Assembly: GCA_900551355.1 (NCBI GenBank)
Contig: URVR01000001.1
Location: 1-44,313 of the forward strand
Reading direction: 5' to 3'
Origin: an uncultured Eubacteriales bacterium
Lineage (GTDB): Bacteria; Bacillota; Clostridia; Oscillospirales; Oscillospiraceae
DNA length: 44,313 nt
In this document: positions 1-8,398 of the stretch, piece by piece
Numbering within the stretch: position 1 is the stretch's first letter
Layout: every line of letters starts with the position of its first letter
The notes under the pieces: model-generated
The model's input: the letters and a program-made list of their open reading frames with translations, nothing else
What the model was told of the DNA's origin: nothing
Databases searched by the model: none
Position numbers and translations under genes: made by a program

Positions 1-46
1 AGATTCCTCTACGTCTCGTGGGCTCGGAGATGTGTATAAGAGACAG
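1..46 (+). other. Illumina Nextera adapter contamination (P7 end, i7 index, read-2 adapter, Tn5 mosaic end)
   Basis: AGAT + TCCTCTAC + GTCTCGTGGGCTCGG + AGATGTGTATAAGAGACAG, the standard Nextera adapter layout, at the contig end. Confidence 0.98.
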
Positions 47-114
47 AGATAGCCGTCCATCTGCGCCCTGGGGGACGCTGCCGCTTCATGCAGCTTGTTG
101 AGGATATCGTTCAT
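47..114 (-). CDS. 5' fragment of probable second 2-hydroxyacyl-CoA dehydratase subunit (HadC/FldC-like), cut by contig end
   Basis: ATG 3 nt after the upstream stop, GGAG RBS; reads MNDILNKLHEAAASPRAQMDGY up to the adapter; position fits an activator-alpha-beta gene order. Confidence 0.6.
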
Positions 115-117
115 GCC

Positions 118-1359
118 TTACACTCCTTTCGCAGCCTTGTTGGCTTCCATGATCTCCGTCAGGCCCTGCACGCGGGTGTCGTACTGGGCTTCGGAGAAGT
201 TCCGCGGGTCGGCCTGGTCGCCGTCGAAGCTGACCACGGGGATGCCGCAGGCGTCGCCGATCTGGCGGCTCATCTCATACATGAAGCCGCTCCACAGCTT
301 GCAGGAGCGGTTGGTGTGGACCAGCATACCCTCCACATGGTTGTCCTTGCAGAGCTTGATGCGCTTGTCGCGGCTCATCTCCAGATTGATGGCGTTGGGC
401 ACCTTGCAGTAGGCGCGGATCATCTCGTCAAAGGTGTTGTAGTCGAAGCCGAAGGCATCGGCGTAGATGGTGGTGACCATGTTGATGCCCCGGGACTTCA
501 GGCCGGTGCTGGTGGCGCGGAGGTAGGGCCAGCAGGCGATGCCCTCGAACATGATGCGGTACTTCTCCTCCGTGCGGAAGGTGGAGGTGCCGTTCTTGTG
601 GCTCTCCTCGTACTCCTTCAGCAGCGTCTCCATGGCGTCGGCGGCGGTGGACTTGCCCCGGGCCGTGACCATGACGGCCATGTGGTTCAGCAGGTCGAAG
701 CCGTTGAAGGGAGAGGGCACATACTTGGCGCAGCCGGTGGCCGCCAGCCATGCGCGGCTGGAGCGGCAGGAGAAGCCGGTGACTTCCTTGAACTTCTCGT
801 CAGACCACTTCTTGCCGGTGATCTCCTCCAGCTGATGGACGGCATCCCAGAACTGGCCGGTGACGTAGGCCACCTCGGCATCGGACACCTCGTAGTCGGG
901 GTTGAAGGGGATATCCAGCAGGATCATGGGGATGTTCAGCTCGCGGGCCAGATTCTCGTACCACTTGATCATGCAGGAGCAGATGTTGCTGCAGCACAGC
1001 AGTACGTCGGGCATGGCCACGTCCTGCTCGGGACAGGACTTCAGCTTGGCATAGGCCAGAGACACGCGGGCGTAGGCGCAGATGTCGTTGGAGTAGCCCT
1101 CGGACTCCGCCACCTCGCACATGCGGGTGCCGGCGCCGCGGGCGGCGATGCCGGCGGCCTGATTCTCGGGGTACACGGTGGCGATGCCCATGGTCTCCGG
1201 GATCTCCACGGGGAAGTTGCTGGACACCCATGCCACCTTCTCGCCCCGCTTCTTGGCCTCGATGGCGTCCACATAGGCGTCCGCCGCGATCTTGCCCAGC
1301 TTATACTTGGCGGAGTTCACATCCACCGGCTTCGGGGCCTTCTTCACTTCTTCTGCCAT
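118..1359 (-). CDS. 2-hydroxyacyl-CoA dehydratase subunit (HadB/FldB/HgdA family)
   Basis: VAWVSSNFPVE, YPEN, GYSNDICAYAR, DVLLCCSNIC, RSCK and FDGDQADPRNFS motifs; GGAGG RBS. Confidence 0.93.
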   Translation of the reverse strand: MAEEVKKAPKPVDVNSAKYKLGKIAADAYVDAIEAKKRGEKVAWVSSNFPVEIPETMGIATVYPENQAAGIAARGAGTRMCEVAESEGYSNDICAYARVSLAYAKLKSCPEQDVAMPDVLLCCSNICSCMIKWYENLARELNIPMILLDIPFNPDYEVSDAEVAYVTGQFWDAVHQLEEITGKKWSDEKFKEVTGFSCRSSRAWLAATGCAKYVPSPFNGFDLLNHMAVMVTARGKSTAADAMETLLKEYEESHKNGTSTFRTEEKYRIMFEGIACWPYLRATSTGLKSRGINMVTTIYADAFGFDYNTFDEMIRAYCKVPNAINLEMSRDKRIKLCKDNHVEGMLVHTNRSCKLWSGFMYEMSRQIGDACGIPVVSFDGDQADPRNFSEAQYDTRVQGLTEIMEANKAAKGV

Positions 1360-1394
1360 TTCATTTCCTCCTTGTTCCGCAATATCTAAACTCT

Positions 1395-2171
1395 TTACTT
1401 GTTTGCTTCCTTATATGCCCAGAGGGCCGCGCCGATGGCGCCGAAGTACTGGGCCAGCGGGTCAAAGCTCACCGGAACGCCCAGCTCCTCGCTGATGGCC
1501 TGCCGCACGGCGCTGTTTTTCGCCACGCCGCCGGACATGCACACGCGCTCCGTCACACCGGCGCGCCGGGCCAGCGCCGCCACGCGGCTGGCCACGCTGC
1601 GGCAGATGCCTGCCACCAGATCGGGCCGTTTGACGCCGGCGGCCATCTGGCTGATGACCTCGCTCTCGGCGAACACCGTGCAGGTGCTGGAGATGGCGGC
1701 GGGAGCCGTGGCCTGCGCGGCGCAGTCCCCCAGTTCGTCCACGTCCATCCGGAGGATGGACGCCATCACGTCCAGAAACCGGCCGGTGCCGGCGGCGCAC
1801 TTGTCGTTCATCACGAAGTTGGACATCTTGCCGGAGGGGGTCAGGGCGATGACCTTGGCGTCCTGCCCGCCGATGTCGATGACCGTCCGCAGGTCGGGGA
1901 ACACGAACCGGCCGCCCAGCGCGTGGGCCGTCAGCTCGCTGATCTCGCTGTCCGCGCCCTCATAGTTCTTCCGGCCATAACCGGTGACCACGGTGCGGGC
2001 CATGTCCGCCTGGGTCAGGCCGCAGGTGCGCCACAGCTCCGCCAGCGCCTCCGCCGGGCCGTCGGTGCCCAGTCCGCCCCGCTGCAGACTCCTGCCCGCC
2101 AGCTCCGTTCCGTCTTTGATCACGGCGCACTTGGATGTGGTGCTGCCGATGTCGATGCCAAGGGTATACAT
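1395..2171 (-). CDS. acyl-CoA dehydratase activase (HadI/FldI/HgdC, ASKHA ATPase, 4Fe-4S)
   Basis: LGIDIGSTTSK, TGYGR, IDIGGQDAK, MNDKCAAGTGRF, CTVFAESE, GGVAKN. Confidence 0.95.
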   Translation of the reverse strand: MYTLGIDIGSTTSKCAVIKDGTELAGRSLQRGGLGTDGPAEALAELWRTCGLTQADMARTVVTGYGRKNYEGADSEISELTAHALGGRFVFPDLRTVIDIGGQDAKVIALTPSGKMSNFVMNDKCAAGTGRFLDVMASILRMDVDELGDCAAQATAPAAISSTCTVFAESEVISQMAAGVKRPDLVAGICRSVASRVAALARRAGVTERVCMSGGVAKNSAVRQAISEELGVPVSFDPLAQYFGAIGAALWAYKEANK

Positions 2172-2242
2172 AGTGCCTCCTGCCCTTCGTAGGGTCCTTT
2201 TTGGCGCGAAAACGCGCCAACTGGTCTTACCAGTTTATTTGT

Positions 2243-2298
2243 ATTATACAAGTTTGTGAAAAATGCGTCAATTGTGGGAGTTGCTAAAAAAATAACAA
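2243..2298 (-). promoter_or_regulatory. sigma-A promoter of the dehydratase operon with candidate Rex boxes
   Basis: Minus strand TTGACG(2266-2271)-N17-TATAAT(2243-2248); TTGCTAAAAAAATAACAA (2281-2298) and weaker TTGTGAAAAATGCGTCAA (2254-2271) resemble the Rex consensus TTGTKAA-N4-TTMACAA. Confidence 0.6.
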
Positions 2299-2387
2299 TT
2301 ATATGTGCATTGTCACGAGCTGCGCTTTAAATGGCCAAAGTATCCCGGATTTTTTCCGCGCGAAAGTTCCCTTTTTCCGGCAAAGCA

Positions 2388-2419
2388 CAGGCGGCGTCCG
2401 CTTTTTCGGACGCCGCCTG
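2388..2419 (-). terminator. hairpin, probable terminator of the 73-aa ORF
   Basis: CAGGCGGCGTCCG / CGGACGCCGCCTG inverted repeat right after the stop; weak U-tract. Confidence 0.5.
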
Positions 2420-2424
2420 CGCGC

Positions 2425-2646
2425 TTACGGGAGGTCCTCGATCTCCGGCTTGCCCAGGTGCATGTCCCGCCAGCCGCGGGGCAGCCCCGGACCGATCAGC
2501 GGGAACAGATGCTCCGTGTCGCTGGTGGGCTGGATGTTGTAGGTGCCATACATATTCACCAGATCGAAGCAGCTCTCCGGCACGCCCCGGAACTGATGGA
2601 CGTCCGGCGTGGCGTCGTAGGGAAAGCCGCTGCTCTTTTTGGGCAT
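2425..2646 (-). CDS. small hypothetical protein (73 aa)
   Basis: GGAGGTGA RBS, GC-rich third positions, downstream hairpin. Confidence 0.7.
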   Translation of the reverse strand: MPKKSSGFPYDATPDVHQFRGVPESCFDLVNMYGTYNIQPTSDTEHLFPLIGPGLPRGWRDMHLGKPEIEDLP

Positions 2647-2715
2647 GAAAAATCACCTCCGGCCTTAGTATGGCCGGAGGCGATGGGTTTCTTTCTATAT
2701 TATATAATGTGGCGT

Positions 2716-2910
2716 TCAGCGGTAGACCTCGGCGTCGAAGTCCCGGACGATCTCGCCGCGCTGCTCGTCCCGGACGTAGACGAGATTCGTCTCGTCGAAG
2801 GCCAGACGCATGGCAAAGTCCTTGGCCTCATAGATGTCGTTGGTCTCGAAAAAGTCGCGATAGGCCGACTCCGGCTCGTGGCTCTTGCGCCAGACAACGT
2901 GAAATCGCAT
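2716..2910 (-). CDS. small hypothetical protein (64 aa, MRFHVVWRK...)
   Basis: GGAGGAG RBS before ATG at 2910; upstream TTGCAA(3018-3023)-N17-TATACT(2995-3000) on minus strand; typical codon usage. Confidence 0.75.
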   Translation of the reverse strand: MRFHVVWRKSHEPESAYRDFFETNDIYEAKDFAMRLAFDETNLVYVRDEQRGEIVRDFDAEVYR

Positions 2911-3155
2911 AGGTGCTCCTCCTGCAGAAATACCATCGGTTAACAAGGGCAAACACGCCTGCCCTTGTCAACCGATGGCAGGGGTGTATTTTTTAGTATA
3001 CCCCCGCATGTGTCAAATTGCAACGGTGGGTTTTGCCAAAAAAGAACGAATAAGTTCGGCTATTTTCCCCTGCGAAAAAGTGGGATTTTTTCTTTCCCGC
3101 AGACACAGGATGTTGTATAATGAGTCGAGTTTTTGAGTAAACGGGGGATACGGAG

Positions 3156-4640
3156 ATGAAGATCGGTTTTGACAACGACAAGTACCTGCAGCTGCAGGCG
3201 GAGCACATCACGGCGCGGCGCGCCCAGTTCGGCGGCAAGCTGTATCTGGAGTTCGGCGGCAAGCTGTTCGACGACTACCACGCGTCCCGGGTGCTGCCGG
3301 GCTTCCAGCCGGACAGCAAGATCCGGATGCTGCGGACGCTGAAGGACGACGTGGAGATCGTGGTGGCCATCTGCGCCGGCGACATCGAAAAGAACAAGAT
3401 GCGGGGCGACCTGGGCATCAGCTACGACGCCGACGTGCTGCGGCTCATCGACGTGTTCCGGGATCTGGGGTTCTATGTAGGCTCCGTGGTCATCACCCAG
3501 TACGCCGGGCAGCCGGCGGCGGACGCCTTCATCAAGCGGCTGGACACGCTGGGCGTCAAGAGCTACCGGCACTATCCCATCGCCGGGTATCCCTCCGACG
3601 TGGCCCACATCGTCTCCGACGAGGGACTGGGCCGCAACGACTATATCGAGACGACCCGTCCCCTCATCGTGGTGACGGCTCCCGGCCCCGGCAGCGGCAA
3701 GATGGCCACCTGTCTGAGCCAGCTGTACCACGACAACCGCCGGGGCATCCCCGCGGGCTACGCCAAGTATGAGACGTTCCCCATCTGGAACCTGCCGCTG
3801 AAGCACCCGGTGAACCTGGCCTACGAGGCCGCCACCGCCGACCTCAACGACGTGAACATGATCGATCCGTTCCACCTGGAGGCCTACGGCGTCACCACCG
3901 TCAACTACAACCGGGACGTGGAGATCTTCCCCGTGCTGGCCGCCATGTTCCGGAAGATCCAGGGCGAGTGCCCCTACAAGTCCCCCACGGACATGGGCGT
4001 GAACATGGCGGGCTTCGCCATCGTGGACGACGACGCCTGTCAGGAGGCCAGCCGCATGGAGATCCTGCGCCGCTACTACGCCGGGTGCGTGGAGCGGGCC
4101 AAGGGACAGGCCGACGAGTGCGTGGTGCGGAAGCTGGAGCTGGTGATGCAGCAGGCCGGCGTGACGCCGGAGCTGTGCCCCGCCGTGGGCGCTTCGCTGG
4201 AGAAGGCGGAGCTGACCGGCAAGCCCGCCGGCGCCATGGTGCTGCCGGACGGCTGCGTCGTTACCGGCAAGACCTCCCCCCTGCTGGGCGCGTCGGCGGC
4301 GCTGCTGCTCAACGCCCTGAAGCACATGGCGGGCATCGACCACAAGCTGGACCTCATCCCCTCCTCCGTTATCGAGCCTATCAGCGCCATGAAAACCGAC
4401 TATCTGGGCCACCGCAACCCTCGGCTCCACTCCGACGAGGTGCTGATCGCGCTGGCCATCTCGGGCCTGACCAACCCGCTGGCCGCCATGGTGCAGGAGC
4501 AGCTGAAGAAGCTGCGGGGCTGTGACGCCCATTTCTCCGTCATCATCTCGGAGGAGGACGCCAAGCTGTACAAGCGGCTGGGCATCAATGTCAGCTGTGA
4601 GCCGAAATACGAGGTCAAGTCCCTGTACCACAAGAAGTGA
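3156..4640 (+). CDS. DUF1846 (UPF0371) family protein
   Basis: KIGFDNDKYL, LYLEFGGKLFDDYHASRVLPGF, TAPGPGSGKMATCLSQLY, AKYETFPIWN. Confidence 0.93.
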   Translation: MKIGFDNDKYLQLQAEHITARRAQFGGKLYLEFGGKLFDDYHASRVLPGFQPDSKIRMLRTLKDDVEIVVAICAGDIEKNKMRGDLGISYDADVLRLIDVFRDLGFYVGSVVITQYAGQPAADAFIKRLDTLGVKSYRHYPIAGYPSDVAHIVSDEGLGRNDYIETTRPLIVVTAPGPGSGKMATCLSQLYHDNRRGIPAGYAKYETFPIWNLPLKHPVNLAYEAATADLNDVNMIDPFHLEAYGVTTVNYNRDVEIFPVLAAMFRKIQGECPYKSPTDMGVNMAGFAIVDDDACQEASRMEILRRYYAGCVERAKGQADECVVRKLELVMQQAGVTPELCPAVGASLEKAELTGKPAGAMVLPDGCVVTGKTSPLLGASAALLLNALKHMAGIDHKLDLIPSSVIEPISAMKTDYLGHRNPRLHSDEVLIALAISGLTNPLAAMVQEQLKKLRGCDAHFSVIISEEDAKLYKRLGINVSCEPKYEVKSLYHKK

Positions 4641-4719
4641 GGGCAGACCGCAAATACATACGGAAGCTATCCCTTTTGCCCGCGCTATGCGCGGGCAAAG
4701 CTGTCTGAAAGGAGCCTTT

Positions 4720-6879
4720 ATGCAGACCATTCCCCAGATACTGGCCAAGGAGCTGGGCAAGCCCCAGCCATACATTGAAAACGTCATCGCCCTGCTGGAC
4801 GAGGGCAACACCATCCCGTTCATCGCCCGCTACCGCAAGGAGCAGCACGGCTCCATGGACGACACCGCCCTGCGGAAGCTAGAGGATCGGCTGCGCTATC
4901 TGCGGAATCTGGAGACGCGGCGGCAGGAGGTGAAGTCCGCCATCGACGGGCAGGGCAAGCTGACGGAGGAGCTGTCCGCCGCCATCGACAACGCCGCCAC
5001 GCTGGCGGAGGTGGAGGATCTGTACCGCCCCTACAAGCAGAAGCGGCGCACCCGCGCTACCATCGCCCGGGAGAAGGGGCTGGAGCCGCTGGCGCTGCTG
5101 CTGTTGGCGCAGGAGAAGGATGGCCCCGCGCCGGAGGACGCCGCCGGGGCATACATCGACCCGGAAAAGGGCGTGGAGACCTTGGCGGACGCCCTGCAGA
5201 GCGCCAGCGACATCATTGCGGAGCTGCTGTCCGACGACGCGGACATCCGGAAATCGCTGCGGGGCCTGCTGATGCGGCAGGGACACCTGCGCAGCGTGGC
5301 CGCCAAGGAGGAGGACAGCGTGTACCGGCTGTACTACGACTTCGATCAGCCGCTGCCCAAGCTGGCGGGCCACCAGATCCTCGCCGTCAACCGGGGCGAA
5401 AAGGAGGGCTTCCTCTCCGTGGCGGTGCTGCTGGATCGGGAGGCGGCGCTGCACGCGCTGCGCACGGCGGTGGTGAAGCCCCGCACACCGGCGGCGGAGT
5501 TCGTCGCCGCCGCCTGCGAGGACGCCTACGACCGGCTGATCTTCCCCTCGCTGGAGCGGGAGGCCCGCTCCACCCTGACGGACACCGCCAATGAGGGGGC
5601 CATCGGGCAGTTCGCCCTGAATCTGAAGCCCCTGCTGATGCAGCCGCCGGTAAAGGGACACGTCACCATGGGGCTGGACCCCGGCTACGCCCACGGCTGC
5701 AAGGTGGCGGTGATCGACGGCACCGGCAAGGTGCTGGACACCACCGTGGTCTACCCCACCTACGGCGAGCGGCAGAAGAAGGAGGCCATCGCCCGGCTCA
5801 CCGCCATGGCCCGCCGCTGCCATGTGGAGCACATCGCCATCGGCAACGGCACCGCCAGCCGGGAGACGGAGCAGATGACGGTGGAGATGCTCCACGGCCT
5901 GCCCGGCGTCAGCTACATGATCGTCAACGAGGCCGGGGCCTCCGTATACTCCGCCAGCAAGCTGGCGGCGGAGGAGTTCCCCGACTACGACGTGAACCTG
6001 CGCAGCGCCGTGTCCATCGCCCGGCGGATGCAGGACCCGCTGGCGGAGCTGGTGAAGATCGACCCCAAGGCCATCGGCGTGGGCCAATACCAGCACGACA
6101 TGCCCCAGAAGCGGCTGGACGAGACGCTGTCCGGCGTGGTGGAGGACTGCGTCAACGCCGTGGGCGTGGACGTGAACACCGCCTCCGCCAGCCTTTTGAG
6201 CCGGGTGTCCGGCCTCACCGCCGCCACCGCAAAAAACATCGTGAAATACCGGGAGGACAACGGCATCTTCCCCGACCGGAAGCGGCTTCTGAAGGTGCCG
6301 AAGCTGGGGCCAAAGGCCTTTGAGCAGTGCGCCGGCTTCCTGCGGGTGCCGGAGAGCCGGAACGTGCTGGACAACACCGGCGTCCACCCGGAGAGCTACG
6401 CCGCGGCGGAGCAGCTGCTGGCCCTGTGCGGCTACACGCCGGCGGACGTGAAAAACGGCGGCATCCCCCTGCTGGCCCAGAAGGTAAAGCTGCTGGGTGA
6501 GGAGAAGGTGGCCAGGCAGCTGGGCATCGGCCTGCCCACCCTGCGGGACGTGGTGAAGGAGCTGCTGAAGCCCGGTCGGGACGTGCGGGACGACCTGCCC
6601 GCTCCCATCCTGCGCACCGACGTACTGGACATGAAGGATCTGAAGCCGGGCATGGTGCTCACCGGCACTGTCCGCAACGTCATCGACTTCGGCGTGTTCG
6701 TGGATATCGGCGTCCATCAGGACGGGCTGGTTCACATCTCCCAGGTGTGCAGCAAGTTCATCAAGCACCCCTCGGAGATCGTGGCCGTAGGCGACATTGT
6801 CAAGGTGGTGGTGCTGGACGTGGATGAGAAGAAAAAGCGCATCAGCCTGTCCATGAAGCAGGTGCCCCGGGAGGCGTAA
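4720..6879 (+). CDS. tex: Tex family RNA-binding transcription accessory protein
   Basis: LLDEGNTIPFIARYRKE, EDLYRPYK, MGLDPG, IGNGTASRET, VNEAGASVYSAS, HhH repeats, C-terminal S1 domain; GGAG RBS at ATG 4720. Confidence 0.95.
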   Translation: MQTIPQILAKELGKPQPYIENVIALLDEGNTIPFIARYRKEQHGSMDDTALRKLEDRLRYLRNLETRRQEVKSAIDGQGKLTEELSAAIDNAATLAEVEDLYRPYKQKRRTRATIAREKGLEPLALLLLAQEKDGPAPEDAAGAYIDPEKGVETLADALQSASDIIAELLSDDADIRKSLRGLLMRQGHLRSVAAKEEDSVYRLYYDFDQPLPKLAGHQILAVNRGEKEGFLSVAVLLDREAALHALRTAVVKPRTPAAEFVAAACEDAYDRLIFPSLEREARSTLTDTANEGAIGQFALNLKPLLMQPPVKGHVTMGLDPGYAHGCKVAVIDGTGKVLDTTVVYPTYGERQKKEAIARLTAMARRCHVEHIAIGNGTASRETEQMTVEMLHGLPGVSYMIVNEAGASVYSASKLAAEEFPDYDVNLRSAVSIARRMQDPLAELVKIDPKAIGVGQYQHDMPQKRLDETLSGVVEDCVNAVGVDVNTASASLLSRVSGLTAATAKNIVKYREDNGIFPDRKRLLKVPKLGPKAFEQCAGFLRVPESRNVLDNTGVHPESYAAAEQLLALCGYTPADVKNGGIPLLAQKVKLLGEEKVARQLGIGLPTLRDVVKELLKPGRDVRDDLPAPILRTDVLDMKDLKPGMVLTGTVRNVIDFGVFVDIGVHQDGLVHISQVCSKFIKHPSEIVAVGDIVKVVVLDVDEKKKRISLSMKQVPREA

Positions 6880-6883
6880 ACAA

Positions 6884-6929
6884 AAAAACCGTCTCTCCAT
6901 CCGGTATGCCGGATGGAGAGACGGTTTTT
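6884..6929. terminator. bidirectional intrinsic terminator between tex and spoIIID
   Basis: A-tract, CCGTCTCTCCATCCGG / CCGGATGGAGAGACGG, T-tract. Confidence 0.9.
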
Positions 6930-7176
6930 ATGCACCCTTGTACTTCTTCCGCGTGGCCAGTCCGCCCCGGATATGGCGCTGGGCCTTGTTCTCCTCCAGC
7001 ACCGCCTTCACCTGCGTGTAGAGCGCGCGGTCGTACAGCGGCAGGCGCTCGGACAGATCCTTATGTACCGTGGACTTGCTGACGCCGAACTTTTTCGCGG
7101 CGGCGCGGACGGTGGTCCGGTTTTCTATGAGGTAAAGGGCCAGCTCCTGGGCCCGCTGTTCCAGATTCTCTCGGAT
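6928..7176 (-). CDS. spoIIID: sporulation transcription regulator SpoIIID (82 aa), apparent ATC start
   Basis: Manual translation (I)RENLEQRAQELALYLIENRTTVRAAAKKFGVSKSTVHKDLSERLP...RHIRGGLATRKKY; FGVSKSTVHKDL.ERLP and RH.RGG.AT are SpoIIID signatures; GGGAGTGG RBS; absent from the ORF track. Confidence 0.95.
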   Translation of the reverse strand: MRENLEQRAQELALYLIENRTTVRAAAKKFGVSKSTVHKDLSERLPLYDRALYTQVKAVLEENKAQRHIRGGLATRKKYKGA

Positions 7177-7212
7177 AGAGCACCACTCCCATACACGTTT
7201 GCTGCTGGCCTA

Positions 7213-7241
7213 TTTCTATGCAGGCTATGCAGACATTATGC
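7213..7241 (-). promoter_or_regulatory. sigma-E-type promoter of spoIIID
   Basis: GCATAAT-N14-CATAGAAA on minus strand; spoIIID is a known SigE target. Confidence 0.7.
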
Positions 7242-7253
7242 TTATCCGGAGAC

Positions 7254-7293
7254 GCACAAAGCCGCACATCCCTTGAGATGTGCGGCTTTGTGC
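7254..7293. terminator. intrinsic terminator-like hairpin downstream of the GATase-like gene
   Basis: 17-bp inverted repeat GCACAAAGCCGCACATC / GATGTGCGGCTTTGTGC. Confidence 0.75.
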
Positions 7294-7329
7294 TTTATTT
7301 AAGGAGAGAAACTGGTTGGCTGAGGATCA

Positions 7330-7908
7330 TCAGGCCGCGCCTACGCTGTCGTTGAAGCGGACGAAGCGGCCGTTCCGGTAGTAGCAGCCCGGCGGGAAGG
7401 GCAGCACCCGGCGGCACAGCCCCATCAGGCTCTCGGCCTCGCTGGCGAACACCGTGTTCCCGGCGTCATCCTGCCCGTAGTACAGAGGGCGCTGACCGGC
7501 GCAGTCCCGGGCGGCGATGAACTCGCCGCTGGCGCGGTCAAAGAGGATGACGGCAAATTCGCCGTTGAGCATCCCGAACATGTTCACGCCGTACTCCCGG
7601 TACAGGGGCAGCAGCAGCTCGCAGTCGCAGCGGCTGCGGAAGGTGTAGCCCCGGGCCTGCAGACCCGCGCGCAGACCGCCGTAGCTGACGAAGTCCCCGC
7701 TGCACACGGCGTAGCTGCCGTCCAGCGTCAGCGGCTGCAGCTCCACGGCGGGGTGCTCCCCCGACGCATGGCGGCGGTAGCCCAGCAGGCCGCAGCCCAC
7801 ATCCACGATGCGGCTTTCCCCATGACCGCGGGGTGCTGCCTGCATCAAACCCTTGGTAAAGTCTGTAATATCACTGCATGTTCCGCAAAAACCCATGATC
7901 GTCCGCAT
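7330..7908 (-). CDS. stand-alone class-II glutamine amidotransferase-like domain (AsnB N-terminal-like), catalytic motifs degenerate
   Basis: QPL, DCELLLPLYREYG, LNGEFA, AARDCAGQRPLYYG, FASE, PFPPG; no synthetase domain; GGAGG RBS. Confidence 0.8.
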   Translation of the reverse strand: MRTIMGFCGTCSDITDFTKGLMQAAPRGHGESRIVDVGCGLLGYRRHASGEHPAVELQPLTLDGSYAVCSGDFVSYGGLRAGLQARGYTFRSRCDCELLLPLYREYGVNMFGMLNGEFAVILFDRASGEFIAARDCAGQRPLYYGQDDAGNTVFASEAESLMGLCRRVLPFPPGCYYRNGRFVRFNDSVGAA

Positions 7909-7951
7909 GATAGATGCCTCCTTCGTCAGATTTTTTCAGGGTGCTGCGCAC

Positions 7952-8040
7952 AAAAAAAGACAAAGCCGCCTGAGAGTACCTCTCCAAGACGCCTTTGTCT
8001 TTGATGCTCGCATTATATGCCTTTGTGATTCTTTTGTCAA
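7952..8040 (-). promoter_or_regulatory. sigma-A promoter plus leader terminator with ANTAR-like hexaloop hairpin
   Basis: TTGACA(8035-8040)-N17-TATAAT(8012-8017); AAGAC-AAAGGC-GTCTT hairpin overlapping the 5' arm of a terminator ending CTTTGTCTTTTTTT. Confidence 0.6.
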
Positions 8041-8252
8041 TCGCCGTTTTCCACACAATTTCAGGGATCGTGCCCTCTTGCTTTGGACAATTTAATCATT
8101 TAAAGCGCGGAACATCTTCCGATACATATTATATCGTTCTGCGGTGCGGTACGCCGCCGTTATTCCTCCGGAGGACAGCCGTTTTCCGGCGCTTGTCAAT
8201 TTGCACGATGTGGTGCGCCTCCGTAGAGACGTGTGTAAGTATATTCCACAAA

Positions 8253-8316
8253 CATGCATAATCATGCATATTTATTCAAATTTCCCCTTGACTTTGCGGA
8301 TAGTCAGTGATAAAGT
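8253..8316 (+). promoter_or_regulatory. overlapping ARG boxes (ArgR) and sigma-A promoter
   Basis: CATGCATAATCATGCATA (8253-8270) and CATGCATATTTATTCAAA (8263-8280); TTGACT-N17-TAAAGT with extended TG. Confidence 0.7.
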
Positions 8317-8398
8317 ATGCACCATCAACGAGAGAGACACGCTCCCGAAACACAAAAAGCTCCCGCGGGAGCGACAACATAGAAAGGATGGAAGAACC

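Noticed and set aside
28..46. Tn5/IS50 end as a real mobile element
   Set aside because: Embedded in the complete Nextera adapter with index; no transposase nearby
2941..2990. c-di-GMP-I riboswitch (GGGCAAAC)
   Set aside because: No GAAA tetraloop, GACGCAAAG or P2; explained by a simple hairpin
4675..4699. Hairpin between DUF1846 and tex as terminator
   Set aside because: No downstream U-tract on the coding strand; at most a processing or stability stem
6913..7302. 129-aa plus-strand ORF
   Set aside because: Antisense of spoIIID, starting inside a terminator
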